Assembly (NCBI GenBank): GCA_963733035.1
Contig: CAVTBU010000006.1
Location: 288,001 to 352,000, forward strand
DNA length: 64,000 bases
Source of the DNA: Pirellulales bacterium
Lineage (GTDB): Bacteria > Planctomycetota > Planctomycetia > Pirellulales > PALSA-1355
Reading direction: 5' to 3'
Shown: positions 19,323-29,565 of the stretch, piece by piece
Position numbering within the stretch: position 1 is the stretch's first letter
Layout of the letters: every line of letters starts with the position of its first letter
Translations under genes and position numbers: made by a program
The notes under the pieces: model-generated
What the model saw: the letters and a program-made list of their open reading frames with translations, nothing else
The model's database searches: none
Told to the model about the DNA's origin: nothing

Positions 19323-19811
19323 ATGATGGCGGGGTCACCCTCCAATCAAGGCGATATTTTTGACGTCAAGCGTATTCGCCGGCTTGTGGAACTGATGAAC
19401 GAGCACGAACTGGCGGAAATTGACCTCCGTCAGTCGGACCAACGGATTCGCCTCCGCAAGGGGGGCGAGCCGATCATCACCACCGAGGTTGCCCGCCCCG
19501 CGGTGGCTGCCGCGCCAGCTGGTGCACCGGCGGCCGGGTCCGAGCCGGCAGCGGCCGCGGATGCCAACCTGGTGGAAATCAAGAGTCCCATGGTCGGCAC
19601 TTACTACGCATCGTCGAGCCCCGAGGCACCGCCGTTTGTGAAAGTCGGCGATCACATCGGCCCTACGACCACGGTTTGTATCATTGAAGCCATGAAAGTC
19701 TTCAATGAGATTCCCGCGGAGATGTCCGGGCAAGTCGTCTCGGTGCTCGTCGAAAACGGCGAACCGGTCGAATTCGGCCAGCCGTTGTTCAAGATCGACC
19801 CTCACAAATAG
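19323..19811 (+). CDS. accB: Acetyl-CoA carboxylase biotin carboxyl carrier protein
   Basis: [19 protein letters not shown] biotinylation motif, Ala/Pro-rich linker. Confidence 0.95.
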   Translation: MMAGSPSNQGDIFDVKRIRRLVELMNEHELAEIDLRQSDQRIRLRKGGEPIITTEVARPAVAAAPAGAPAAGSEPAAAADANLVEIKSPMVGTYYASSSPEAPPFVKVGDHIGPTTTVCIIEAMKVFNEIPAEMSGQVVSVLVENGEPVEFGQPLFKIDPHK

Positions 19812-19908
19812 ACGGCGCTCGCATGCGAGTCAGTGCCCCTGGCGCTCGTGCACCACGATCTGGACGAGTCGTCCCCCAGGAGCATTGACCGGGCAGCGGG
19901 TGGAATAA

Positions 19909-21255
19909 ATGTACAAGAGAATCCTGGTCGCCAACCGAGGCGAAATCGCGCTGCGTATCATTCGTGCCTGTCGCGAGTTGGGCGTCGAAACGGTGGCTAT
20001 TTTCAGCGAAGCGGATCGTGGTGCCGCGTATCTCGACCTGGCCGACGAAGCCTATTGCGTTGGACCAGCCAAGGGGGCCGACAGTTATCGCAAGATCGAC
20101 CGCGTGATCAGCGCCGCTGAAATTGGCAACGTTCAGGCGATACATCCCGGGTACGGGTTTCTGGCGGAAAACGCCCACTTTAATGAAGTCTGCCGTAGCT
20201 GCAAGATCGACTTTATCGGACCCACGCCCGAAGCAATGGCCCGCCTGGGCGACAAGAACTCCGCTCGGGCGCTAGCCCGAGACGCGAATGTGCCTGTCGT
20301 TCCCGGAAGTGCCGGCTTGATTAGCGACGACAGCGAAGCCATGCGAGTGGCACACGAGATTGGTTTTCCGGTGTTAGTTAAAGCCAGCGCCGGCGGCGGC
20401 GGACGCGGCATGCGAGTGGCCCTTAACGACCTGGCTCTCAAGGCGGCACTTTCGCAGGCCGCCAGCGAGGCGGAAGCCGCGTTTGGCGACGGCAGTATCT
20501 ACCTGGAAAAATACATCGAGCATCCTCGGCACGTCGAGGTGCAGGTGCTCGCAGATCATCATGGCAATGTGGTCCACTTGTGGGAGCGCGATTGCTCGAC
20601 ACAGCGGCGCCACCAGAAGCTGATCGAAGAGAGTCCTTCACCCCACCTGACGCCGGAACGACGGGTGGCCATTTGCGAAGCGGCCGTGCGGCTGGTGAAG
20701 GCCGCCGGCTACACCAACGCCGGAACGGTCGAGTTCATTGTGGACGGTGAGGGAAATTTCTACTTCATCGAAGTCAACGCTCGCATCCAGGTCGAACATC
20801 CGGTGACCGAAATGATCACGGACATCGATCTCATCAAAGCTCAGATTCGGGTCGCTTCGGGCGAACCGTTGCCGTTTTCGCAATCCGACATCGTGGCCCG
20901 TGGAGCGGCAATCGAATGCCGCATCAATGCCGAAGACCCGGCCCGCAATTTCCAGCCGTCACCCGGCAAGATCGAACGGATGATCGCTCCGGGGGGATTT
21001 GGCGTGCGGTTTGATTCCCATGCGCACCCTGGCTACGTCGTCTCGCCGCACTACGATTCGATGATCGGAAAACTAATTGTTCATCAGGCGACCCGCCAAG
21101 AGGCCATCGACTGCATGCTCCGGGCGCTCGACGAACTGCGGATTGAGGGGATCAAGACCACCATTCCGCTGCATCGCGAAATCTTGCGCCACGCCGCGTT
21201 TGCCGAGGGACGCATCGATACCACTTTCGTCGAACGCAGCGGACTGACACAATAG
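19909..21255 (+). CDS. accC: Biotin carboxylase
   Basis: [46 protein letters not shown]. Confidence 0.96.
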   Translation: MYKRILVANRGEIALRIIRACRELGVETVAIFSEADRGAAYLDLADEAYCVGPAKGADSYRKIDRVISAAEIGNVQAIHPGYGFLAENAHFNEVCRSCKIDFIGPTPEAMARLGDKNSARALARDANVPVVPGSAGLISDDSEAMRVAHEIGFPVLVKASAGGGGRGMRVALNDLALKAALSQAASEAEAAFGDGSIYLEKYIEHPRHVEVQVLADHHGNVVHLWERDCSTQRRHQKLIEESPSPHLTPERRVAICEAAVRLVKAAGYTNAGTVEFIVDGEGNFYFIEVNARIQVEHPVTEMITDIDLIKAQIRVASGEPLPFSQSDIVARGAAIECRINAEDPARNFQPSPGKIERMIAPGGFGVRFDSHAHPGYVVSPHYDSMIGKLIVHQATRQEAIDCMLRALDELRIEGIKTTIPLHREILRHAAFAEGRIDTTFVERSGLTQ

Positions 21256-21350
21256 GAAGTAAGGAAGGGGTCCGGCTGAGGGGACGAGAAACTCCCCGCG
21301 TCGGAGTGCCTTCCATCCACCTTCCTTCCTTTGGCATTCAGTCTTTTGCT

Positions 21351-22652
21351 ATGACGCTATCCCGCCCCCCTAAGGTCGAAACGAACATTCGTCGAGCCGC
21401 GATTTTGTTTGCCGGCGGTCCGGCGCCGGCGGCCAATGCCGTCATCTCGACGGCGGCCAATTCATTCTTGCGGAACGATCTGCAAGTTCTCGGGATCATG
21501 AACGGCTACTCGCGACTCTTGGAGTTTGGCGAGAACCGGCCGCTGGAGAAAGGACGCGACTATATCGAGCTCGATCAGACCGTCCTCCGCCGCACTCGCA
21601 ATTCGCAAGGAATCTTGATCGGCACGGCTCGGGCCAACCCCGGCAAGAACGTATCGCATCCGTCGCATCTGGCGGACCCTGAACGCGTGGCCCCTTTGCG
21701 TACGGTGTACAACGCCTTGCGGTCGTTGGAAGTCGACGCGCTGATCTCAATTGGCGGTGATGACACGCTGAAAACGGCCAATAAGTTCAAGCTCTTTCAG
21801 GACCGTGCTCAACCGGGTCCCCGGATTCCGGTCGTGCACCTGCCGAAAACAATCGACAACGACTATTCGGGGATCGACTTTACGTTCGGCTACTTCACGG
21901 CCGTCGACACGCTGGCGAGCGAAATTCGCAACCTTTTGGCCGACGCCGAGGCGAGCCGGGCGTACTTTCTGACCGAGACGATGGGCCGCAGCGCCGGTTG
22001 GTTGGGCTACGGCGCGGCGATTGCCGGCGAAGCCAGCTTGGCGATTAGCGTCGAGGATATCACCGGCAAGTACCGCGAGACCGAGCAGGTCGTGGATCCC
22101 ACGACCGGTGAACGCCGCACGCGGCAGATCATGAACGTCGAGCGGGTCGTCAAGCGGGTCGTCAAGACCATGCGGGCGCGGGAGGCAGAGGGAAAGGAGT
22201 TCGGCGTGCTGGTCATGGCCGAGGGCCTGGCCGAATACCTACCGATGAGCTACTTGCGGGGAATTTCGCGAGACGAGCACGGCCATATCGCCATCTCGCA
22301 GCTCAATTTGAGCCGTATGTTCTCGAAGTTGATCGCTGACGAGTACAAAGCACAAACCGGCAAAAATCGGAAGATCACCGGCTTGCAATTGGGATACGAG
22401 GTCCGTTGTGCCCGGCCGCACGCGTTCGACGTCATGCTCGGCAGCCAACTGGGCGTGGGCGCCTATCGGGCGCTGGTCGAGGAAGGCTTAAATGGCGTGA
22501 TGGTTTCCGTTTCTGGGCAGCTCGACCTGAACTATGTTCCCTTCGAAAAACTCATCGACCCCGACACACTCGTGACGATGGTCCGCTATGTCGACCCCGA
22601 CAGCGACTTTCACCGCTTGGCACGCTTCCTCGAGATCTACGTCAACGAGTAG
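21351..22652 (+). CDS. pfp: 6-phosphofructokinase, probably PPi-dependent
   Basis: GGPAPAAN, GGDDT, PKTIDND, ETMGR; GGDD plus K in PKTIDND are the PPi-type signature. Confidence 0.8.
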   Translation: MTLSRPPKVETNIRRAAILFAGGPAPAANAVISTAANSFLRNDLQVLGIMNGYSRLLEFGENRPLEKGRDYIELDQTVLRRTRNSQGILIGTARANPGKNVSHPSHLADPERVAPLRTVYNALRSLEVDALISIGGDDTLKTANKFKLFQDRAQPGPRIPVVHLPKTIDNDYSGIDFTFGYFTAVDTLASEIRNLLADAEASRAYFLTETMGRSAGWLGYGAAIAGEASLAISVEDITGKYRETEQVVDPTTGERRTRQIMNVERVVKRVVKTMRAREAEGKEFGVLVMAEGLAEYLPMSYLRGISRDEHGHIAISQLNLSRMFSKLIADEYKAQTGKNRKITGLQLGYEVRCARPHAFDVMLGSQLGVGAYRALVEEGLNGVMVSVSGQLDLNYVPFEKLIDPDTLVTMVRYVDPDSDFHRLARFLEIYVNE

Positions 22653-22668
22653 GAAGAAGACTTTCGTC

Positions 22669-23022
22669 TCAGGGATTTCGTTCGATACGTGCCTCGGGAA
22701 AGAGTGCCTGGGCGAGTTCGAATTCCTGCTGCGGTCCGTCACCATTGAAAATAATCCAACCGATTGCTTCATCTCCCATCAGCCGCCGCCAGATGGGGAT
22801 CTCCCGCAAATGATCTGACGGTAAGTACCACCTTTCGCCCGGCGGTTTCACAAGTTCCGATGCGCGGGTAATAATCGCGTATGTGCTTGGCTTAATCCGC
22901 TTGAGCGCGGATTGCCGGCGATGAATCCAGTTGACTTCCGACGCGAGCCAGCAGCCGAAGACGGTGACCGCGAGGAACAAGGCTCCAAGACTGAATCGAA
23001 ACCAACGTCTTGGCACACTCAT
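22669..23022 (-). CDS. Small hypothetical membrane-anchored protein
   Basis: N-terminal RRWFRFSLGALFLAVTVFGCWL anchor of a type I associate with Pirellulales; lies just downstream of hisB. Confidence 0.6.
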   Translation of the reverse strand: MSVPRRWFRFSLGALFLAVTVFGCWLASEVNWIHRRQSALKRIKPSTYAIITRASELVKPPGERWYLPSDHLREIPIWRRLMGDEAIGWIIFNGDGPQQEFELAQALFPEARIERNP

Positions 23023-23037
23023 CTCGCAGCCCTACTG

Positions 23038-23625
23038 CTACAGGCTGCCCTTGGTGCTCGGTACCCCCGGCGCGCGCGGGTCGATTTCAACCGCCATGCG
23101 GAGCGCTCGGGCCGCGCTTTTGAAGATCGCTTCGCTGATGTGATGGCTGTTGCGGCCATGGTGCAACAGGATGTGCAAATTGCAGAGTGCGTTGCCGGCA
23201 AAGGCCTGCCAGAATTCCTCGATCAATTGACTATCGAAGCTGCCGATCGTCGACGTGGGAAACTCGACACGAAAGACCAGGAAGCAACGGCCGCTTAAAT
23301 CGATGGCCGTCGTTACCAAGGTTTCGTCCATCGGCAGCGTGAAATGTCCGTAGCGATGGATACCTTGCTTGTTCCCAACCGCTTGGCGCACGGCCTGACC
23401 AAGGCAGATGCCGACATCCTCGACCGTGTGATGCTGGTCGATGTGCAAGTCGCCCACGGCCTTGACGCGCAGATCGAACACGCCGTGCTTGGCAAACAGC
23501 GTGAGCATGTGATCCAAAAAGCCGACGCCCGTATCGATGGTCGACGTCCCCGAGCCATCGAGATCCAACTCGAGTTCGATGTCGGTTTCGGCGGTCTTGC
23601 GTTGGATTTGGGTGTGGCGCGACAT
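23038..23625 (-). CDS. hisB: Imidazoleglycerol-phosphate dehydratase
   Basis: [35 protein letters not shown]. Confidence 0.96.
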   Translation of the reverse strand: MSRHTQIQRKTAETDIELELDLDGSGTSTIDTGVGFLDHMLTLFAKHGVFDLRVKAVGDLHIDQHHTVEDVGICLGQAVRQAVGNKQGIHRYGHFTLPMDETLVTTAIDLSGRCFLVFRVEFPTSTIGSFDSQLIEEFWQAFAGNALCNLHILLHHGRNSHHISEAIFKSAARALRMAVEIDPRAPGVPSTKGSL

Positions 23626-23752
23626 GGCAGCAGGACGAATGAAAACGGAACGACAAGTTAGCAGGAAGCGGCTTGCTCAGTTGAGATGTCCGCGCCGCTT
23701 CCGGGTTGTAGGCGGTTCGTTGTTGGGAACTTCGGTGGTCTGCCTTCAATTC

Positions 23753-24799
23753 TTACATCTTCGACTTCAACACGGCGAGGCAGGCGTCGATTTGTTCGTC
23801 GGTGCCGACCGAAATCCGCAGCCCATCCCCCCAGCCGGCATAATCCATGTATCGCACCAGGATCTGGTTCGCCTTGAGGTGCTCGTACAGCGGTTTTAGG
23901 GGAATTGCCGGGTGCGGGTTCCAGACGAAATTCGCCTGCGATGCGACCGTGGCAAAGCCCAGGTCTCGCATCTGGGCGGTTAGACGCGCGCGGGTTTGCT
24001 TCACCTTGGCAAGGTTATCTCTTAGCCAGGCCTGATCGTCGATTGCAGCCGTCGCACCGGCGATGCTGAGGGCATCGACGTTATAAGAGTCCTTCACCTT
24101 GGTGAACTGCTCAATCATGTGGGGTTGGGCCACCAAGAAGCCGAATCGCAGGCCGGCCAATGCATACGACTTGCTGAGCGTGCGCGATACCATGATCTTC
24201 TCGTTCTTGGCGACCAACGGCAGACAGTTCTGATCGGCGAAGTCGGCATAGGCTTCGTCGACAAGTAGCGGGCAGGGGAGCCGGTCCGCAAGCTCGAGAA
24301 TTCGCTCAGGCGATACCACGGTGCCGGAGGGGCTGTTGGGATTGGGCAGGAAGACCAACTTGAGGTCGTTGCTCGCCGCGGCGAAGGCATCGGAAAGCGT
24401 CCAGTCGGCGTTAAACGGAACCTCTTCGGCCGTCGCGCCCTGCAACTGGGCCAACGTTTTGTAAAGAATGTAGCTTGGATAAGCCAGCCGCAGACACTCA
24501 CCGCTGCCGACAAGCGCGCGGGTAACAATCGTGAGAATGTCGTCGCTGCCATTGCCACATAGGATCCAGTCCGGATCGATGCCCAGCACCTCGCTGGCGC
24601 GGCGACGAAAGGCCGTGCCCAACGGGTCGGGATACTTGCTTAGTCCGCGTTCGAGTACCCCGGCAATGGCACGCGCGACGGCTGGCGAGGCAGGGTAAGG
24701 ATTCTCGTTGGTGTTGAGTTTGATGAACTTGCCACCCTGCGGCTGCTCGCCTGGCACGTAGCCGGCCATTCGCTCAATTTCGGGACGAAAGTACGACAT
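23753..24799 (-). CDS. hisC: Histidinol-phosphate aminotransferase
   Basis: KLNTNENP, GNGSDD, PNSPSG, VDEAY, RTLSKSYALAGLRFG; lies between hisD and hisB. Confidence 0.94.
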   Translation of the reverse strand: MSYFRPEIERMAGYVPGEQPQGGKFIKLNTNENPYPASPAVARAIAGVLERGLSKYPDPLGTAFRRRASEVLGIDPDWILCGNGSDDILTIVTRALVGSGECLRLAYPSYILYKTLAQLQGATAEEVPFNADWTLSDAFAAASNDLKLVFLPNPNSPSGTVVSPERILELADRLPCPLLVDEAYADFADQNCLPLVAKNEKIMVSRTLSKSYALAGLRFGFLVAQPHMIEQFTKVKDSYNVDALSIAGATAAIDDQAWLRDNLAKVKQTRARLTAQMRDLGFATVASQANFVWNPHPAIPLKPLYEHLKANQILVRYMDYAGWGDGLRISVGTDEQIDACLAVLKSKM

Positions 24800-24896
24800 G
24801 CGATTGCTATTCTAGGGGTCTAGTTGCTGATTATTGCCAGGGGAGCGTTTTGTCCAATGGCGCACCTTAAGGAGACGCTCGAACGCGTTGGCCGGT

Positions 24897-26258
24897 TCAC
24901 TCCAGGCGAATATCCACGCTGGCTCGATGTGCGGACAAGCCCTCCTTGTCCGCCAGCGTCCGGATGTCATCGGCCAAGGCCGACAGCCCTTCGCGACTGC
25001 AATGAATGACGCTGTGGCTGCGGAGAAAATCGCGGGCGGACAATCCGCTGGCGAAGCGCGCCGTGCCGCCCGTCGGTAGCACGTGAGACGGTCCGGCGGC
25101 ATAGTCTCCCACCGCGACCGGAGTGTAGTTGCCGACGAACACGGCCCCGGCGTGACGAATTCCAGCCAGCAGCGGCTCCGGCTCGTCGACCGCAATGTGC
25201 AAGTGCTCGGCGGCAATCTCATTGGCCAATTCCACCGCTTCGCTGGCGTCGCGCACGAGCACCAAGGCCCCGAACTGCTCCAAACTTTGCCGGGCCAGGT
25301 CGCCGCGCGAAAGGTGTGCGGTCTGCCGCGCCAATTCGTCGGCCGTCGCTTCGAGCAGTCTGCTGCTCCAAGTGATCAGGATGCTGGCTCCCGGCGCGTG
25401 CTCGGCCTGGGCGATCATATCGGCAGCGGTGAAATCGGGACGCGTTGTGTCGTCCGCCAACACGACGACTTCGCTGGGTCCGGCGATCGAGTCGATATCA
25501 ACTTCTCCGTACACGGTTTTCTTGGCCAGCGCGACGAACAGATTGCCCGGGCCAACGATCTTGTCAACCTTCGCCAGCCCCTCGACACCGTAGGCCAGGG
25601 CGGCGACACCTTGCGCACCGCCTAGACGGTATACTTCGGTCACTCCAATTTCGTGACAGGTGGCCAGCAGATCGTCGTTGTAGGCGCCGAAGGGCGTTGG
25701 CGGAGCGATCACGGCCAGTTGCTCGACGCCCGCCGCCTGGGCCGGAACGGCCGTCATCAGCACCGTGGAAGGGTAGGCCGCGGCACCACCGGGAACGCAA
25801 ATCCCGACGCGATCCAAAGGTCGGTAACGCTGCTCGAGATAGCTCCCCTGGGGACGTTCGATTCGCACGTCCCGCGGCAACACCGCCTGTTGAAACTCGA
25901 AGATGTGCTGCCGAATCCGTCGCACAGTCGCGAGAAAGATAGCATCGGCCTTCGCATGCGCCGCTTTGAGCTGCGCGGCATCGACGCGGAGAGTCTCGGG
26001 CGTGAGTTGTGCTTTGTCGATTCGCGCCGAGTAGTCAAGTACGGCGGCGGTTCCCTGCTCCCTGACGTCGCGGCAGATGCGCTCGACAACCTGCTGCGGC
26101 GTGAGCACTTCGCCAAATACTTCCTTGGTGCGTTGTTGGCCAGCCGCACTGACGATATTGCCACGCGGGCTGAGCGCTTCACGCAGGCGACAAAGCGCAC
26201 TCCGAGCGTCGCTCGAACGGCTGTCGATGCGCTGGATGTTAATTGTGGGGATGGTCAT
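24897..26258 (-). CDS. hisD: Histidinol dehydrogenase
   Basis: VPGGAAAYPSTV, GGAQGVAALAYG, GPGN, AGPSE, QAEH, AGPSHVLPT. Confidence 0.96.
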   Translation of the reverse strand: MTIPTINIQRIDSRSSDARSALCRLREALSPRGNIVSAAGQQRTKEVFGEVLTPQQVVERICRDVREQGTAAVLDYSARIDKAQLTPETLRVDAAQLKAAHAKADAIFLATVRRIRQHIFEFQQAVLPRDVRIERPQGSYLEQRYRPLDRVGICVPGGAAAYPSTVLMTAVPAQAAGVEQLAVIAPPTPFGAYNDDLLATCHEIGVTEVYRLGGAQGVAALAYGVEGLAKVDKIVGPGNLFVALAKKTVYGEVDIDSIAGPSEVVVLADDTTRPDFTAADMIAQAEHAPGASILITWSSRLLEATADELARQTAHLSRGDLARQSLEQFGALVLVRDASEAVELANEIAAEHLHIAVDEPEPLLAGIRHAGAVFVGNYTPVAVGDYAAGPSHVLPTGGTARFASGLSARDFLRSHSVIHCSREGLSALADDIRTLADKEGLSAHRASVDIRLE

Positions 26259-26496
26259 GAAGTTTATTCGGCCTGCGGTATCAAGGACCGCGTTGGCCTC
26301 GGGCAGGTTCACGCGAGGGCGGTGTTGTGCTTGCGACGGCCGACGCGTAACAGGTTGTCCGGTCGGCCTCCCCTGGCCAGGCGTAAACCGCCCGGTTACG
26401 ATGACAGACGCGGCGCGGCGGCCGAACGCCCCATTCTGGCCCACCGCTCGCGCGAGGAAAAGCCCTCTGCCTGTTCCCACCCGCGGAGAACTCTCC

Positions 26497-27582
26497 ATGT
26501 CGAACCGCATTCTGGATTTTCGCAGCGACACGCTTACCAAGCCGACGCCCGGCATGCGGGCCGCCATGGCGAACGCTTCGGTCGGCGACGACGTGTTCGA
26601 CGAAGACCCCACCGTGCATGCGTTGCAGGAGCGCGTTGCCGACCTGCTGGGTAAGGAATCTGCGCTGTTTGTGCCATCGGGCTCGATGTCGAACCAGATC
26701 GGCGTTCGCGTGCACTGCGACCCGGGGGATGAGTTCATCTGCGAAGGCGGCTGCCACATCTACAACTATGAGCAGGCGGCCTATGCCCAGCTCAGCGGAG
26801 TGGCGGCTCGCACGGTCGATGGTGTAAACGGCGTCCTGCGCCGGGAACAGCTGACTGGCTTGATCCGACGCCACGCGGACGATCACCTGGTGCGTACTCG
26901 GCTGGTCTGCCTGGAGAACACGCACAACCGTGGAGGCGGGCAGATTCAACCCTATGAGGTCGTCGAATCCATTTGCCGTTGGGCTCACGATAGCGGGCTG
27001 CTCACGCATTTGGACGGTGCACGCCTATTCAATGCGGCAGTGGCCACGGGAATCGATGCCCGCCGCTGGTCGCAGCATTTCGACACCGTGAGCGTTTGCT
27101 TTAGCAAGGGGTTGGGCGCGCCAGTCGGTTCGGCGCTGGCGGGCCCCAAAGATCTGATCAAGAAGGCGCGGCGTGTCCGCAAACTATTCGGCGGCGGCAT
27201 GCGGCAGGCTGGCATCATCGCGGCCGGTGCATTGTACGGTCTTGACAATCACATCGAGCGGATGGCCCAGGATCATGCGAATGCCCGCCGGATTGGCGAA
27301 GCCGCCAGCGGGATCGACGGTTTGAAATTGGTGGGCAAGCAGGTCGACACGAACATCGTGATCTTTCGCGTCGACCCGAAGCTTGGCACGGCCGCCGAAT
27401 TTTGCGAAAGACTCAAAGCTCGTGGCGTGCTGATGCTGGCGATCGGCGCGCAGGAGGTTCGGGCCGTGACGCATTTGGACGTCGACGAGACGGACACTGC
27501 CGAGGCCAGCGAGATTCTCGCCGAGGTCGCCGCGGAGGCCCCCTCCAGCAGCGTATCGGCTGGAGCGGACGTGCACTACTAG
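26497..27582 (+). CDS. ltaE: Low-specificity L-threonine aldolase
   Basis: DFRSDT, GDDVF.EDPT, LENTHN, HLDGARLFNA, CFSKGLGAPVGS, GGGMRQ. Confidence 0.93.
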   Translation: MSNRILDFRSDTLTKPTPGMRAAMANASVGDDVFDEDPTVHALQERVADLLGKESALFVPSGSMSNQIGVRVHCDPGDEFICEGGCHIYNYEQAAYAQLSGVAARTVDGVNGVLRREQLTGLIRRHADDHLVRTRLVCLENTHNRGGGQIQPYEVVESICRWAHDSGLLTHLDGARLFNAAVATGIDARRWSQHFDTVSVCFSKGLGAPVGSALAGPKDLIKKARRVRKLFGGGMRQAGIIAAGALYGLDNHIERMAQDHANARRIGEAASGIDGLKLVGKQVDTNIVIFRVDPKLGTAAEFCERLKARGVLMLAIGAQEVRAVTHLDVDETDTAEASEILAEVAAEAPSSSVSAGADVHY

Positions 27583-27614
27583 GGCACATTGCCCGCTAGG
27601 CGGAGATCGTTGCT

Positions 27615-28172
27615 CTACAGATTCCAAGTCTCGAACAGTTTTTTGCGGAACTCATGCCACTCGGGCACTTTTTCCGCTGTGTGTCCGTTTGACTTGTCGC
27701 CGGAATTGGCCAATTCGCTCACCCAGTCATCCATGCGGCGTAGCCGCTTAGCCAGGCTTTGCAGCACGTTGTAGGCCAATTTGTAGGCCGCGGAATTACC
27801 GCTGGCCAGCATCTCGTCGTATGCCATGCGGTTGATGCTCAGCAGCCGCACTTGCGTCTTGGCCACGACATTGGCCGAGTGCGGTGCCGGACTGAAGAAC
27901 GACATTTCGCCGAAGACATTGAACGGTTCGAGTTGCGCCAGCACGAGCGGACCATCGTGGCTGCTGACGCGAATCACTTCGCATTTACCTTCCATTAAAA
28001 TCCATAGCTGCTGGCTGCGTTTGCCTTGTTCAATGACCAGTTCGCCAGGCGCGAAGGCCCGTTCCTGTGCAACGTCCATGAGTTGCTGGCACTCGTCGTC
28101 GTCGAGTTGATGGAATGCCGGCACTTGTCCGCAGGCTTGAATCGATTTTGTGCGAAGGTCGTCGCTGCTCAC
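27615..28172 (-). CDS. Stand-alone cyclic-nucleotide-binding-domain (CRP-like) protein
   Basis: [27 protein letters not shown]...HSANVVA; no recognisable HTH; GTGA overlap with gdh. Confidence 0.8.
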   Translation of the reverse strand: MSSDDLRTKSIQACGQVPAFHQLDDDECQQLMDVAQERAFAPGELVIEQGKRSQQLWILMEGKCEVIRVSSHDGPLVLAQLEPFNVFGEMSFFSPAPHSANVVAKTQVRLLSINRMAYDEMLASGNSAAYKLAYNVLQSLAKRLRRMDDWVSELANSGDKSNGHTAEKVPEWHEFRKKLFETWNL

Positions 28173-29401
28173 GTGATTCCTCCCAAAATCGTGGCCCGTC
28201 CCACGCGGCCGATGCCCAGCATGTAGGCCGCGGTTCGGAGGCTGACTTTGCGTTCCTGAGATAGAGACCAGACGCGCTCAAAGGCATTGGTCATCACGCT
28301 GTCGAGTTCCTGGCGGACTCGGTTGATGCCCCAGGAATAGTGTTGGCGATTTTGCACCCATTCAAAATAGCTGACCGTGACGCCGCCCGCATTTGCCAGA
28401 ATGTCCGGCAGCACAACCGTTCCGCGTTCGTCAAAGAGCTGATCGGCGTCCGGCCAAACCGGTTGATTGGCCGCCTCGATAATCATGGGAGCCTTGACGC
28501 GATCGGCGTTCGCGGCCGTGATCACACCTCCCAACGCGGCGGGGACCAGGAGTTCGACATCGAGTTCGAGTAACTCTTCGTTGGAAATTCGTTCGGCCTC
28601 CTTGTACCCCTTCAGGCCATGATGCTCGCGCGAATACTGAAGCAACTTGGGAACGTCGAGCCCATCGGGACGAAAATAGCCGCCGCTGACGTCGCTCACG
28701 GCGACGATCTTGAACTCCGACTCGTGCATGAACTTGGCCGCATGCGCACCCACGTTTCCAAAACCTTGCAGAGCGACGCGCGTTTCCGAGACCTTGCGTC
28801 CCAGGCGGCCGAGCATTTTGAATGCCAGAATACCCACTCCGCGCCCCGTCGCCTCCTCGCGTCCCGGAATGCCATGCAGCTCGACGGGCTTGCCGGTGAC
28901 AGCGCCTGGATTGAAACCGTGGTACTTCTGGTACTGGTTCATTATCCAGGCCATCACGTCGGCATTCGTACCCATGTCGGGTGCGGGAATGTCGACATCC
29001 GGGCCCAGCACGTCGTGAATGCCGTCGATGAATTTGCGCGTGATCCGCTCGAGCTCGCGCACGCTGAGCTTTCCGGGATCAACGGCTACGCCCCCCTTGG
29101 CACCGCCAAAGGGAATGTCGACCAGCGCGGTCTTCCAGGTCATCAACGCTGCCAGTGAACGAACCTCGCTCAGGTCGACCTCGGGATGAAACCGCAGGCC
29201 TCCCTTCATTGGTCCCCGAGCGTCGTCGTGCTGGACGCGATAGCCAATGAACGTCGCGATTTCGCCGTTGTCCAGTTCGATCGCAATTTGAACTGATACC
29301 TCACGCTTGGCGGTCAGCAGCAGTTGCCGCATGTTCTCACTCAAGTCCATTCGATCGGCAGCGCGATCAAAATATAGACGAGTGGCGTCGATTGCTCGCA
29401 T
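28169..29401 (-). CDS. gdh: Glutamate dehydrogenase (Glu/Leu/Phe/Val family)
   Basis: [52 protein letters not shown]. Confidence 0.92.
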   Translation of the reverse strand: MRAIDATRLYFDRAADRMDLSENMRQLLLTAKREVSVQIAIELDNGEIATFIGYRVQHDDARGPMKGGLRFHPEVDLSEVRSLAALMTWKTALVDIPFGGAKGGVAVDPGKLSVRELERITRKFIDGIHDVLGPDVDIPAPDMGTNADVMAWIMNQYQKYHGFNPGAVTGKPVELHGIPGREEATGRGVGILAFKMLGRLGRKVSETRVALQGFGNVGAHAAKFMHESEFKIVAVSDVSGGYFRPDGLDVPKLLQYSREHHGLKGYKEAERISNEELLELDVELLVPAALGGVITAANADRVKAPMIIEAANQPVWPDADQLFDERGTVVLPDILANAGGVTVSYFEWVQNRQHYSWGINRVRQELDSVMTNAFERVWSLSQERKVSLRTAAYMLGIGRVGRATILGGIT

Positions 29402-29565
29402 GGATGGCTTCCGGAGACTCCTGCGCAATGGGGGAGCGGTGAGGCAATTGAATAATAGTCGCGTATGTCGGCCGGCTCAAGGTAAGCTGCGTAGACCCAA
29501 TACCCGCCGATGGCTTGGAAATGTTTTAATCGTGTCGGTTTTGTAAGGTTGCCATGTCCGGGATG

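Noticed and set aside
26259..26496. Possible His-leader attenuator upstream of hisD
   Set aside because: No His-codon run and no terminator with a U-tract on the minus strand.
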